Source: Podarcis erhardii
Lineage: Eukaryota
Assembly: GCA_964252035.1 (NCBI GenBank)
Contig: OZ176204.1
Direction: 5' to 3' (one strand)
Length of the DNA: 64,000 bases
Positions 12,790 to 26,170 of the stretch are shown in pieces (within the stretch, counting starts at the first letter, position 1; the number at the start of each line of letters is the position of its first letter). Below the pieces are notes generated by a model, which was not told where the DNA came from, did no database searches, and was given only the letters and a program-made list of their open reading frames with translations. The position numbers were made by a program, and so were the translations under genes.

Positions 12790-13308
12790 AAGAGATGCCA
12801 GAATGACCAAGGGACTGGAGCAACTCACCTATCGGGAAAGGTTACAATGTTTGGAGCTTTTCAGGTTGGGGAAAAGGTGAGTGGGGACATGACAGAGTTG
12901 CACATTGTGAAGAAAATGGATAGTTTTTCTCTATCTCATATAATACTAGAACTTGGGGCCATCCAAAGAAGCTGAATGTTGAAAGATTCAGGACAGACAA
13001 AATAAAGGACTTCTTCACATAATGCAGTTAAACTATGAAATTTGCTCCCACAAGAGAATGATGGTCAACTTGGCTGGTGTTAAAAGAGAACTGGACACAT
13101 TCACAAAGGGCAAGCCTATCAGCAGCTAACTAACCATGAAGGCTATAATCTACCTCTGCTGTCAGAAGCATTACATTGCTGGATGCCAATTGCAATTCAG
13201 GTCCTGTTTGTGGGCTTCCCACTGGTATCTGGTTGGCCACTTTGAGAACAGGATGCTAGGCTAGATGAGCCTTTAGCCTGATCAAGGAGGGCTCATTTTA
13301 TGTTCTTA
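12790..13308 (+). mobile_element. CR1 LINE 3' end
   Basis: RMTKGLEQLTYRERLQCLELFRLGKR resembles CR1 KMIKGLEQL.YEERL..LGLFSLEKR; ends in a CR1-type ...gctagatg...ttatgttctta tail. Confidence 0.8.
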
Positions 13309-13896
13309 ACAGGCTAATTTTGCCTTTAAGAATGCAACATTATCCTGATTGACCTGCTGAGACTGGGAGCATTTACCCAAAATAATAATAATAATAAATT
13401 TTATTTGTTCCCCAGTCGCAGCAGGGCTCCAGCATAGAAGACAACAGTGAGACCTCTTTTTTTCTTCTCGCCTGCATCTTTAATCACATCTTGGGCTACT
13501 CTTGGGCTTCCTTCTTTATCTTAAATAAACTGAGGCTGCTTGTTTTCAGGAGTCTTTACTTACTCAAGCATTGTTATTTTTTAATAATAAATAAATAAAA
13601 ATTTCACAGCACTTGGATTGACTGCCAAACAGTTAAAAGACTGCCTCCTCCCATAGTAACACTTGCTCGAAGCAAGAGATGTCAGGAAGAACAAAAGACA
13701 GCCTTTGACTTAACACCCATAAATATTAGTAATGCATGAAAAGAGTATTATTTCAGGTGTGATTCACTCTAATCTGCAGTGAGCACAAAAGATCATAACA
13801 CTTCAACATTTATATGAATGATAAAGACAGCCCTTAGAAGCAAGACCCTGTTCTTTAAGTCCTTTCTATTCTTTCTCTCTCTCCCTCTCTCCCCAG

Positions 13897-14085
13897 TATT
13901 GCAGGAGTGCAATGCATGAATTTATCTGGTTATTCTAAAGGCCATGGCTACAGGGCTGGGGAGACTTTCACAGGAGAGTATGACCATGCCTGGAATGCAG
14001 TTTACCTTGATGGAAGATGGCATTTGGTGGACAGCACCTGGGGAAGTGGCTCCATTGATGACTGCTTCAGCAAATTTACCTTCAG
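13897..14085 (+). CDS. KY: KY exon (189 nt) with catalytic His and Asp
   Basis: long pyrimidine tract ccccag|TATTGC...CTTCAG|gtatga; IAGVQCMNLSGYSKGHGYRAGETFTGEYDHAWNAVYLDGRWHLVDSTWGSG. Confidence 0.96.
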
Positions 14086-15251
14086 GTATGATTGTCCTTT
14101 CCTCCTCCCTATAGCTCTGAGGCACAGGGGTGGGGATAGGCAAAACAGGTAGCTTTCCTTGGTCACATTCAAGGGCTCTGCAACATATACTGTTTGATTT
14201 GCTTGCTTCATTTATAACTACTTATTGAAATCCGTGTCATATTTCAGATTTCAGATTTGAAAGAACAAAAGCATCATCGGGGTGCAGGGCTTATCATTTA
14301 ACCATAATGACCATTTACTTCACTATTCCAAGCTACATGTCTCAAAGGCTAAAGCATGAAGGAGACAAAGCCTCATTTAAAAAATAAATAAGGGTGTATA
14401 TATTTTCTCCCCTCCCACCAACTGGCCCCTTAATGTTCTCCTCAGGCTTCCACCTATGAGAAATGTCAAGCTCTTAAACAGGGTTGTTACAAACTAAGCA
14501 TTAAAAAGTTATAGAAATCTAACTAAACAAGTCCCCATTCTTCGAATGTTAATATTTCCACTAACTATTAAAACCAAAACATTCCTGAAAGGTGTGAGAA
14601 CCATTAAAAGGAAATTAAAGCTTGGAAACAAATGGTAGAAATCCACTTGGTCCAGATAGCCAGTGTTACTGGTAGTCTGGACAATGACCCACGTGAAGGA
14701 TTTGATATTTCTCCATGTGATGACCTAGTATTGGGACAACCCATGTTATAATCAGAAGGCCACAGTAATTAGAAATGAAATACAGATCACCAAGGCTAGA
14801 GACACCGTGGGGCAAGCAACAGGCCAAACCGAGTTTACTAGCCAGTCTGAAAATCCCCATATTAGCATATTATAGATCTTCTTTGGCACAACACAATTGA
14901 AGATGAGCATTGACTTTGAAAATGCATTTTCAGTAGCTCCTGCTAAAAATTAATTCTGAGAGAATGCTGCTTCCATTTGGCATTGTCCCTTAAACATAGA
15001 GGGACTACACTGGGTGTAAAGAGTTATTTCTTAACTAAAGTTGTTAAATTCCATGTTTTTGAAAATTTCACTCTCTAACGGCGAGATTGTTTTTTCTTAT
15101 TGCTCTCTTTCAAAATGCCTGATTTGCCCACATGCTTGGGGAGCAGAATTCGAGCATACTTAGAACTCCCATCTAGCCTTCCTTTATTTAAATTAAGTTT
15201 TTATCCCTTAAACCTGCAAACCTAGGCTTGAAAGTGCATGCATAGAACATA

Positions 15252-15492
15252 CAGTGGTACCTATAGTTACGAACTTAATTCGTTCTAGAGGTCCGTTCTT
15301 AACCTGAAACTGTTCTTAACTAGAGGCGTGCTTTCACTAATGGGGCCTCTTGCTGCCGCTGCACCGCTGGCATACGATTTCCATTCTCATCCTGGGGCAA
15401 AGTTCTCAACTCGAGGTAATTCTTCCAGGTTAGCGGAGTTTGTAACCTGAAGCGTTTGTAATCTGATGCATTTGTAACTCAAGGTACCACTA
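15252..15492. mobile_element. Tc1/mariner-type MITE, family 1
   Basis: TA|CAGTGGTACC ... GGTACCACT(A)|TA; same family in reverse orientation at 37982. Confidence 0.85.
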
Positions 15493-15584
15493 TATAGGGA
15501 AATCCAAGAAGCTGGGGAGGATGGAGATTTCAGTGCTTTGCATAATCCTGTCTATGAAGCAGAATGACTGAATTATGCAATTTA

Positions 15585-15950
15585 GGGACGCGGGTGGTGC
15601 TGTGGGTAAAACCTCAGTGCCTAGGACTTGCCGATCGTATGGTCGGCAGTTCGAATCCCCGTGGCGGGGTGAGCTCCCGTCGCTCGGTCCCAGCTCCTGC
15701 CCACCTAGCAGTTCGAAAGCACCCCTAAGTGCAAGTAGATAAATAGGTACCGCTTTATAGTGGGAAGGTAATGGCGTTTCCATGCGCTGCGCTGGTGCTG
15801 GCTCGCCAGAGCAGCTTCATCACGCTGGCCACATGACCCGGAAGTGTCTCCGGACAGCACTGGCCCCCGGCCTCTTAAGTGAGATGGGCGCACAACCCTA
15901 GAGTCGGACACGACTGGCCCGTACGGGCAGGGGTACCTTTACCTTTACCT
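15585..15950 (+). mobile_element. Full-length Sauria SINE
   Basis: tRNA-like head with B box GTTCGAATCC (15649-15658); Bov-B-like 3' segment AGAGTCGGACACGACT (15900-15915); (ACCTTT)n tail. Confidence 0.92.
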
Positions 15951-16410
15951 AACTATCCAGGACCATACTATGGTTTAAAATCCTGGTTAATATGCTAACA
16001 TTAGTTCCTCACTAACATAACTAGCAACTCAACCTTAAACAGACCAGGACTGATATGAGGAAATCAGTGCATAAACTATGCATTATTAAGCCAGGAGCAT
16101 TATAACCAAACTGGGCCATTGATAAATTACACTATAACTGGCAGCCTCATTTGACTGCACCCTCTGTTCTACTGTATTCTCAGCCAAATCCGTCCAGCCC
16201 CAAATCTACACATCCCATCTCTTCATTTTGCCTCCTAGAGCTCAGCTGTGTTTCCTACCATCATTCTGGTCCTAATTTATGTACAGTTGAAAGGAAACCC
16301 CCATTGATAAACCTATCTAGAACTGCAGCCGTAGTTAAGATTCAGTTTAAGGCAGAAAGCTAAGAGCACCCGGTGCCAGTGATGTATTGACCTCTCCTTT
16401 CTTGTTCCAG

Positions 16411-16601
16411 ATACAACGAATTTTATTTCCTCACCCACCCCGCCCTATTTATTAATAATCATTTCCCAGACAACAGCAATTGGCAGCTCCTCAAACCAGC
16501 TGTGACATTGAAACAGTTTGAGAGCAACATGTTATATAAGAGTGACTTTTACATGATGGGATTGCTGGCAGCCCACCCAGAAACACCAATTATTCAAACA
16601 G
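16411..16601 (+). CDS. KY: KY exon (191 nt)
   Basis: ttgttccag|ATACAAC...CAAACAG|gtacag; YNEFYFLTHPALFINNHFPDNSNWQLLKPAVTLKQFESN... Confidence 0.95.
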
Positions 16602-17453
16602 GTACAGTGATACATGTCATTGCCCCATGCCGATCTTATTATAAGGAACAGTTCCAGCTTTTGGTAGGGGGCTAAAAAAAAAGGATAAAAGTAGCAAAGG
16701 TTAGGATTTAGGCTGCTGGATTACTTTTAAAAGATTAGCTCTGTGGGACTAAAGCATGGGGTTCAAAGTTCGGCAGCCTTTTTTGATCATAATCACCATT
16801 ACCCTTGGGGTACCAATCGGTGTAAAATACGAAGTGCTATTTATTACCCATCAGATTGCTTGTGCCCCAAGAATATTTATATTCCAGCCTGAAGTGAAGG
16901 GCAAAGTTTCAGAAAATTCTGGGCTGAGGCTCAGAGCCTTATGTGGGTGCAAGTTAGTACACTTGAGTTTCAGAAGCTCCCCATGGTGTCATTCAGAACC
17001 TAACCATGGAACGAATAATTTCATTTTGAAATCCTGTCTTTTGAACTCTCTCAGACTTCTCTGAAACTGACAAGTTTCTAAGGGGTTGTAGTCAAAAGTG
17101 CAGGCAGCTTGAGCTGTAACTGAAAGACATTGGTGCTTTCATCTTTTCCAAGAATGATGAGCAATTCTACTGCATTTGTAATAAAACAGAAGCAAACAAG
17201 TACCCGAAAATGAAGGCTTCCCGCCCTTAACCCTCTTGTTATTTATTCTGAATTTGGACTTGACAGACGCTTGTCAAATTCTAACCAGCCAACCATAATA
17301 TTCTCCCTTTCACTGCCAAAATGATTGACAGTACAGCAGGCAATTCCATTCTCCAGGTCATTTTCTCCAGCTTTTTTTTTTTTTTATTGATTTGTATTTT
17401 TGAGTAAATAGTAAGAAACATCCTAACCAGCCTCCTTTATTTGCATGTCACAG

Positions 17454-18358
17454 TAAATGGGAAAGTAGTAGTAGCTGTGGAGACTCGTTTGCCAATGCTG
17501 TTCATGTTTGAACTGAAAGGGGCAAAGGAATATAGCTTGATGACTCTGAAGAGGAATGGAATGAACCTGGAGCTCTACCCACAGAAGACGGGGACCCATA
17601 AGCTACAGATCTACGCCAAACCATCCAAGGGCTCCGATGAAGTCTACAACTGTGTGATAGAATATACATTAGAGTGTAGCTCTGTAGACAGGAATGTCTG
17701 CTTTCCAAAGGAACTTCATCAACCTGTTGGGCCCAGCTGGTTCTCAGAGAGGCAAGGATTCCTCAAGCCCTCGCAAAAAGGCCCAATCATTCATACCAGT
17801 GACGGGCGCTACGATCTCAGCTTCATCCTCAGTAAGGACTTGAGTGTTTTAGCTTCCCTGCATTCGGGCAACGTAAGCCTCAGCGAGGATACAACAAGAC
17901 GGCACATCTTGCAAGCTTGCCAAGGAAACCAGGTAGACTTTAAGATCCACCTTCCTCATGCAGGGAACTTTGCTTTTAAAATCTTTGCGAAAAAGAAGTC
18001 TGATCCTGGAAATTATAACTATGTCTTCAACTACCTCATCTGTTGCCCAAACATCAAGGTGAAATGGCCAGTGTTCCCCCAGACTTATAGCAAGTGGGTG
18101 GAGGGTTATGAGCTAGTGGAGCCGCTAGCCGGGTTGCTCCCTGCTGACCGCAACGTTAAGTTTAAACTCAAGCTTCATAGCATTGCCAAGGCATTTGTTC
18201 AATGTGAAAAAATCTGCCCCTTGTCTTTAAGCAAGGATGGCTACTGGGAGGGATCTTGCAGCACATCAGGCTGCACAGAGGTCTATGTGATGGTGCTGGA
18301 AAATGCCAATCACAAGTTCTACTCTCACATCTTGAAATATGAAGTAGAGCCACAGTAG
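17454..18358 (+). CDS. KY: KY terminal coding exon (C-terminal beta-rich repeats), stop TAG
   Basis: atgtcacag|TAAATGGG; inside ORF 17441..18358 (NGKVVVAVETRLPMLFMFEL...QPVGPSW...YSHILKYEVEPQ*); phase consistent with the preceding exon. Confidence 0.95.
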
Positions 18359-19063
18359 GAGGCCAATCCTACTCTTATCATCTGTCCACATGTGCAGAGA
18401 GATCTGATATATCACAGTTCATACCGCTCTCGAGTAATTCCTTAAGGCTCCCTTAACATTGGGGAATAGTGCTCACCCCTCTCTGAAGCACCAACAAAAC
18501 AATACAACTTGATCAAAACTTCCTGAATGGTATTACGCAATGAGTGGCATTTGTAGGAAATGTATAGTTTCTTTACCAGTGTAACGTCATACTTCCCATA
18601 TACATAATTTCAACTATAGATTATTCTTGTGCTACGGGCATAGTACATTTTGCACATTTCCCCACCTAGTCCACCTCCATTTTAGGATGCAACTGCTGAT
18701 TTCTGAATGGCTTACATTCAACAAATATGTTATGGACAACAAAGGGGCATTCTCTAACTCATTGTGGGCCAGGAAGAGAGAAGGACCACACACTTTTGAG
18801 CATCAATGTGAGAGTGGCTGCAGAATCTCATCAAAACACATATTGGTGCAAGATTATAATCCAAATGGAAGCTTTCTTGTGTGCACTTCATTGTCTTACA
18901 AATATAAATGATACTGCGAAAACAGGTTTTTACACCAGATCTTAAAAGCAATTAAATACTAGTTTTTATCTCATTGGGCTGTGGTGCTTTTTAAATGACA
19001 TGGTAAGGAACATGTATGTGAACAAAAGGGTAATTTAATTCTTAACTAATTTGCTACCTTATC

Positions 19064-19069
19064 AATAAA
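19064..19069 (+). terminator. Candidate KY polyadenylation signal AATAAA
   Basis: AATAAA ~700 nt after the KY stop; usage not demonstrated. Confidence 0.5.
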
Positions 19070-22000
19070 AAAAGATTGTGCTGCTGATTCTAGGAAATAG
19101 CAATTCACCAAGTGTGAAACACAGTGGGATAACCAAAGACAATCTTGATGACCTGTATCGAATGAAAGACGAATAGAAAGGTATCATTGATAAAAGTTAG
19201 TTTCTATATAAACACATGAACCCTTTTGGTCAAACATGGATAGTTTAGTATAACAGCAAAGATCTGTGGTTTAAGTCAGAAAATGAATTTATTTTAACAC
19301 AAGTTATAATCTGTCTAATCTTCTATATGATCAATAGACTGCAATTTGCTTTTTAAAAAATCCTTGTATCTAATCAAAATTCAGGGAGCTGACTGGATAG
19401 CCCTGGAGGTTTTTCAGTGCTGTGACATTAATTTTTTATTACAAATTTCATATATTCATTGAACCATATGGATTCCTTGCCTAGACCAAAAAATATCAGC
19501 AATTCGTTTTTTCCATGTGCCTTTAAAAGTTTTGTTTTACCAGTTTTTAGAGGAATATATATACTTGAAGCAAGCCCCTGTGTCAAATGAGTAATTCTTC
19601 CTGCTGTGACTTGGTTCGCACCAATAGACAACAGTTTAAGGATCAATATAGATGGTCAAGTGGCATGTGTCCCAATTGCATCTTCCCCACAGCACCTTGA
19701 ATGAAGGTGCTAATATTACCCAATCCATTATTCAGCTTTGGGGAAGCAGAAGGGAAGATAGCTATGCTCCTGTTCAAACAACTTCCGACCCACCACACTT
19801 TAAATTGTAGTACCCACTAGAAGAAGCCAGGGAAAGACTGTGGATGCAATAGTCAATGACACTCTGAAAAGTGATGAAGCACAAGGTGGTGCAAGCATGA
19901 CAGACCACATATATAATTAAAAGAACATTGCAAGATGAGCTTTGTAGGGTCTCTAAAGGAGGGGAGCACTCATTTAGCAAAAAAATAATAATCATAAAGT
20001 AAAAGGGAAAGTTAAAAACATTAGAGGAACATTTTGGCATTCTCATGACTCATAACTTTCCAATAGGCTCCTGTGTCATTTTTGTAATATTGTACAATCA
20101 CATTACATGCAGCCATTGTGTTAGCTATATTATTTTAGAGGATCCAAAGAATTAAAGTTCCTTTAGAGATGAGTTGGAGCGTGATTGTGCCAGCCATACA
20201 GATAACATCTGCCAACTGATGAGTGACAATTGCTGCTACCCCTGTCTGTTGCTACCCCAAAATTATAATATGGCCTGGGTAAGTAAGTTTGAGAAGGCTT
20301 CCTTTTGTCACTCTTGAACCTACTGCCGTATTCAGCTTCATCTACAGATCCTAAAAACGGAGGAAGAAAAGTCTCTTAACCCAGATGTCTGGAAGGCACC
20401 ATGTTGGCTACCCCCAAAATGCATATAGTAACTGGGATTCTGTGCTGTAAATAAGGAAGCAGTTGATCGAAATCTTGCATCTGCCATAGTCTGATTAGGT
20501 GACTTTAACAAACCCTTCTCTTTTTCTATATTTGGAAACAATACCAGCCTACCCAACATAGCTAGGAGGATTACAAAGACTTTGAACACTCTTATCATTG
20601 TTTTATTCTACACTTTCACATCACTAATGGATCATTAGAAATTTCTCGGAAAAGAGAAAGCCCTGCATTGCTTTCTGAAGGCTTACGCTGCAGGGCTCAG
20701 TTTAGCCTCCGAGGGAAAACAATTTCACAGGACTCTGATACTAAAAGGCCCTGCTCTGGGCTATAAACTAGATCTTACAGAGCACAAAAAAATGGTATTT
20801 GGTGCAGGGCTGCCTCTAAGGAAGTTAAAGGACAAGCAAGCTCAGCTGCTGGATGCAATCTTCTATATCTGATGTGAAGGCAGATAATACTGAACACCAG
20901 CCAAAGCATAATCCTTAAACTTTCTCTGAACTCTTTTACTGAGGATTACCAATTAAATCTACTAATATAATACACATTGATTCTCAGTTGTTGTTTTTTT
21001 AAAAATATGTAAAGTAGAAGGCGAACATCTGGCTCAGCCTTGCAAGCAAAAAGGAAACTCTTTGGTGTTATTAAAAGGCTCAGTTCAAAGAAAAAACTTC
21101 CCTCCAGCTTCATTAATTATAAAACTGTTAAGGCCAACTGATTATTCCAAAGGGATGTTCAACATTCTCAAGGCATAGATGAATGCATGGAAACCCTGCA
21201 GCCACAGATAAAAGTGCCTCAGAAGTCTGCACTAGCTTTGTCATCACCCTCCAGGATAAACAACCTTCCTCCACCTCCAAAACATGCATATTTACAGTCT
21301 CAACACATATTAAGCCCACTCAAGAGTTTTTGATGATGTAGCCCACAAACTACACATAACTCCTAATATAATTTTTTCTTTGCCCTTAACTCATCAGTCT
21401 TTTCTAGCATTTTCTGTACTCTATATGCACAGGGAAGCAACAAGCAGGAATACCAACCTCCTTGTGCAATTTGCTCGTCTCAGATTGCTGTCCATTTTGG
21501 GACTAACAGTTTGCCCTGCCAAAGTACAGCACTGTCTCAGGTTCTTGGCACCTCTGTTATTACAACTCTCTTTCCAAGAATGAACCAGTGTTTCCCCTGA
21601 ATTAAAAAAAACACAGTAACCAACTCTGTTACATGAAGCAACACGAGTGGTGTGGCACAGAACATTTTTTGTACCTCTTTAGGATCAGATAGACCTCCAG
21701 GGAAAAAAAATTGATACACCCAAATTAGTTTTTGATTTAAAGCAATTTGTGTTGAATCAGAATGGAGGTGGGAGGGGTGAGCCACCAAAGATACTCCTCA
21801 CCAAATACACTACTTTTGCTCTATACAACATAGAGATGCCCCACAGTTTTTTAGAAGGGACTGAGCAATGTTAAGATGTTAGATATATTTACAAGAGAAT
21901 GTTAAGGTGCTCTCGTCTTTGCCCAATTATGAATGTCACAAAGGGAATTATATTGAACTCGATGGCAGCATGCACAACACCCTTGAAGATTTAGAAAGAT

Positions 22001-22110
22001 AGGAAAAAATATGGCTGCAACAAGGCATATTTTATATCCCAAGGTACACTATGCATTTCAAATTTTTAAGAAGCATCTTCTTTTCTTTCCACTGATAATG
22101 TTCTCTAAGG

Positions 22111-22246
22111 CAGTGTTTCCCAACCTTGGGCCTCCAACTGTTTTTGAACTACAATTCCCATCATCCCTGACCACTGGTCTTGCTAGCTAGGGATGATGGG
22201 AGTTGTAGGCCAAAAACATCTGGAGGCCCAAGGTTGGGAAACACTG
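22111..22246. mobile_element. Intact palindromic hAT MITE (URR1-like)
   Basis: CAGTGTTTCCC...GGGAAACACTG; perfect 8-bp TSD CTCTAAGG; ~58-bp stem with 5 mismatches. Confidence 0.92.
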
Positions 22247-24455
22247 CTCTAAGGAATGTTTGCCTCCACAGCACTGCACAATCTGGAGCACCTATTACTA
22301 CACTTTATTTTCTACCCTCTGCATTACTGGAGGTCAACTTAAAGATCATCATACAGTAGGAAATGAATAGCCTTTGGGGAAACATCAACACTGGTTTGAC
22401 GCCAACTCTGTCACACATGATACAATAGCCTTATGCACTGCAGAACCTGCAAGCCAGAGTCAGAGTTCTCCCTGGTTCAGAGAGCAAAGTGTCAAACAGG
22501 AGATCATAGAAAGCCACAGTTGTTGAACTCTCCTGACCAACACTCACAGTGGGAAAATTTTGATCTTCAAGTCACAGAATTTGAAGAATGTTTGTTGTTC
22601 TCATTCAGTAGCAGTCCATTTTAAAGGCTGTCGGATTTGTTACTAAGTGATTATTTTTGTACTCTTAAGTTTCACAAAAACAAACCACAACATCTCTGAA
22701 ACTGCATCTGGAATGGATTCATAACTATTCACATTTTCAGGGATCCAAAACTTAGTTTGCTGGCCACTCCCATAGAAGTCACCTCTATGTGCAAGGAAAG
22801 TCAATCCCAATGTACATGTCAGGTTCCTCGTGTATGGCAGAAGTTCCTCGCTCAATATGAAGGGCAAAATTACAAGGTCTCCCTGTCTGACTTCTGTCTT
22901 CCAAGGAGTAAATCTGTAGCATGTGCTTCTTGCCTCGAGCAGCTATTTCCTGTACTTTCAGTCCCTCTACTCAAAATGTTAACACCAGGGCTCTTACACA
23001 AGAAATGATAGAGTATACTCACTTTGCGGGGGCAGCCACCCAACCACTTTTTAACAAAAAAAATGCTGTGTGTGCTTTGACAAGAACTGTTCACCATTCC
23101 TACAAAACAACATAAATTTTAAAAAAATGTCTGTCTTCATGCCACATTTGATTTCATATTGTCTATCAGTGTCAAGCTGCTGTGAGAGGTGTTGACGAAG
23201 AATGACATGAAGCCATAAAAATCAAACACAGCAAGCAAAACACAAGAGTTAGCACACTGGAAAGAGGTTGGTGATGTACAGAGACTATTACATTTAAGAT
23301 GGAGGCAAACATCAAAAAGATGCTCTTGCAGAGCAGGAATTCTCCTGAATCAAGATCTAGAAGGTTGTTAATTGTGGCCAGCCTTCTAGCAGCAGTAACA
23401 TCCTTAGCTTGGCAACAAACCTTTCTACATCTAGAAATACAGATGTCCTCCACTTTCTCAAGATAACATATTCTCAAGATCATCCATTCAGCAAAGGATA
23501 ATTAGCATTAATACCATCATGTATATGGGAGCAAATTCAAGTTAAAACCTCTAAAAATATATGTTATTGAAAAGGGGAGGTATTGGTCATATAAAGGGGC
23601 TTCTCTGACATATAGAAGAAACAATAAATGAAAGGTATAGACTACATGCAGATGAACAGAAGCCTTTGATAAGGAAAAGCAAGAGATTTAGAATTTAAAT
23701 GAACACATGGATTATTCTAAGGATTCAGGGGGCAAGGCTGAATATCTCCACCATTTTCATATTTCACTGAAAATATTTTAAATCTAGTAATTCATTTTAG
23801 TAATTGGATTATCAAGGGCCAATAAGCAAAAATGATTAATTGGGGTGGGAATGGAAGCCTAATACTTGGGATCTTGGTTTCTGCTCAAGGACACATTTTT
23901 AAAGATACACATTTCTTGTTTAAGCTAAAACAACTTTTTAATAGCTGTCTGGCAGATTGACCAGCCTTCTAAATTTGCTCTTATGGCTGTGAGCAGCTGC
24001 TTAGTACTTCATAAGGCAGCTGTTGTTTAAGTAAAATGGATTTCATGTATAGGTGTTTATTACTTACATTGAACTTCACCTTCTGTACCAACTTATCTTC
24101 CACCAAAACACCCTCTCTTTTCATGGAATATCTATTTCACTGCATTTTGTCCTCTTCAACTATGAAAGAAAAATAGTAATAAAACAGACCCCCAATGGAA
24201 CCACTACCACATCATTATGTAGTGTTTGGTATGCAAGTGATAGCAACACAAAGTACAGGAAACTCCAACTCTACAGGAAAACTAAAAAGGAAGCAAAATC
24301 GCAACTCCTTTTCTTGGTTTCTCAAACTGTTTGAATAACATATTTCATGGAATAAACATCAAGCAAAATTGGAAGCAAAAAGTAACCTAATTCCCAAAAT
24401 GGTCAGCAACATGGGTTGTAACGATATAAGAAGAAGAAGATGGGTTAGTTGTCAT

Positions 24456-24498
24456 TTTATTTATTCACATGGATATATAAATATAAAATAGATTTATT
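24456..24498 (-). terminator. CEP63 candidate poly(A) signals
   Basis: AATAAA on - at 24493-24498, 24460-24465 and 24456-24461, ~270-310 nt past the stop. Confidence 0.55.
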
Positions 24499-24769
24499 TT
24501 CTTTTACAAAAAAAAGCACTACATCATTCCCTCCTGAAAGTCACTGCATACTCTTGCACAGCAGGACTAAATAAGGCATCTAGAAAGTAGTGCAATTACT
24601 GCCCCCAGACAAAATGCTTTGCTACAAACTTCATTTCCTTGGTTTCACCACCACTAAAACCAGGAAAAAGAAGAGAAGCCCGTTTCTAGCTGCTGAAGGC
24701 TCCCATGGTCCCCTTCTTGATGCATGTTATATTAAGCCAACTTTCCAATCCTCGGGTCTTGAAGCAATG

Positions 24770-24928
24770 TCACTTTTGGTGTTTGAACTGCTGTATTGTT
24801 ATTTCACTCTCCTTTTTCAACTCCTCAATATGTGCATCTAAGCGTTCTAAGATATGTTGAGATCTTTCTTCTTCCTCCTCCAAGAACTTGACAGCAATCG
24901 CACCAATGTTTGTTGTAGGCAATGGGCT
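24770..24928 (-). CDS. CEP63: CEP63 last coding exon (159 nt), stop TGA
   Basis: tttttag|AGCCCA...AAGTGA; [52 protein letters not shown], matches CEP63 C-terminus [28 protein letters not shown]. Confidence 0.96.
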   Translation of the reverse strand, partial: SPLPTTNIGAIAVKFLEEEEERSQHILERLDAHIEELKKESEITIQQFKHQK

Positions 24929-25459
24929 CTAAAAATAAAACATATATGTTGAACAGGACTCAACCAGAAGATTATTTCTGGCCTATTGCTACATTTTACT
25001 ATTTAACTGCATCTATGGACAGAAATCCCCTAAGCAAAGCATCATCTCAGCACTGTTGGTATATATTTAACCCTGAAAAATGTGAACATGTTGGATTATA
25101 TAGTATTTGGCTTACACCATCATCCAAACATGTTAACTTGGAGATTAAATCTCAATTATTTCAATATAGTATGCTTTTAAGCACACACACACCTAAGCTT
25201 TCATCTATTGAGCTTAAATTAGGTGTGATGAAGTTGTACATTAGAAATCATGACTGAAAACTCTAGTAATTATTATTTGCCTTTAAAACACTGAAGTTAA
25301 TTGAAATATTTTTAGGATTTCAAGTCACAGAAATGGGTCTGACTTCTGATTAAACAAGGTTAGGATTGAACTGTAAGCCTTTCATGCTCCCCTCAAGATT
25401 CTCAATATACCTCAGAAAGCTATGGTCAAGGAGTCACATCTTTCAAAAATAAAATTATA

Positions 25460-25655
25460 GGGTGGAATTCAATGTCACACACTTCTAATCGTTCTGTCTG
25501 CACAAGTATTTCAGCTTGTCAGGCAGAATGAACCCCACCTCTCCTCCCTCCGCATGTTCTGGGGTTTCTCCCATGTGCCCTCAAGGCAATTTTGGGGTCA
25601 CTGCAGGTGGGGAAGCCTTGTTACACAAGCAGAAGTCCTTAGTTGAGTTAAACCC
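25460..25655. mobile_element. Degenerate MITE (possibly PIF/Harbinger-type)
   Basis: imperfect TIRs gggtggaattcaa / ttgagttaaaccc; related core at ~36530-36720. Confidence 0.35.
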
Positions 25656-25949
25656 TAAATGCACAACCAATAGAAACTGTATAAGAGGACATATCCTGCC
25701 TTTTCTGGAGCTACTGTACTAAAGACCGACATTGCACATGAGTGTATCAATAGCTCATATTATAGGAACAACTTAATATCAATGTTTCAGTTTTCTTAGT
25801 ACTAGACATTGCAGGCACCAAATCCTATTCCATCCACTTCAGTGTGTCCACTTCCACATGGTTCTCCATTGCAAGAGCTACCATTATAATGTCTAAGGCC
25901 ACAATCACAGCACACATTCAAGACATTATAAACAGACATGACGTCCCCC

Positions 25950-26170
25950 ATAATTCTGGGAGATGTAGTTTGTTAAGGGTAGTGAGAGTTGTTAGGAAAC
26001 CTCTAGTCCCTTCACAGACCTACAATTTCCAGAGTTCCCTGTGAAAGGGGGTTGATTGTTAAACCACTCTGAAACCCTGTAAAGGAACCACTCTGAAAAC
26101 CTGTAAAGGAACCATAGCTCCCAGAATTCTTTAGGGGAAGCTGTGACTGTGGATTTGCAGTACTTTGAAT
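25950..26170. repeat. Interspersed repeat with internal 24-bp tandem duplication; related to 790-900
   Basis: ctgggagatgtagttt...; unit AACCACTCTGAAA(C/A)CCTGTAAAGG twice at 26062-26109. Confidence 0.6.

Noticed and set aside
15585-15670. tRNA-like sequence with a B box
   Set aside because: It is the head of a Sauria SINE, not a tRNA gene; no complete cloverleaf.
22640-23490. Several 60-100 aa ORFs between KY and CEP63
   Set aside because: No homology, no consistent exon chain, ORFs on both strands; treated as intergenic or extended 3' UTR.
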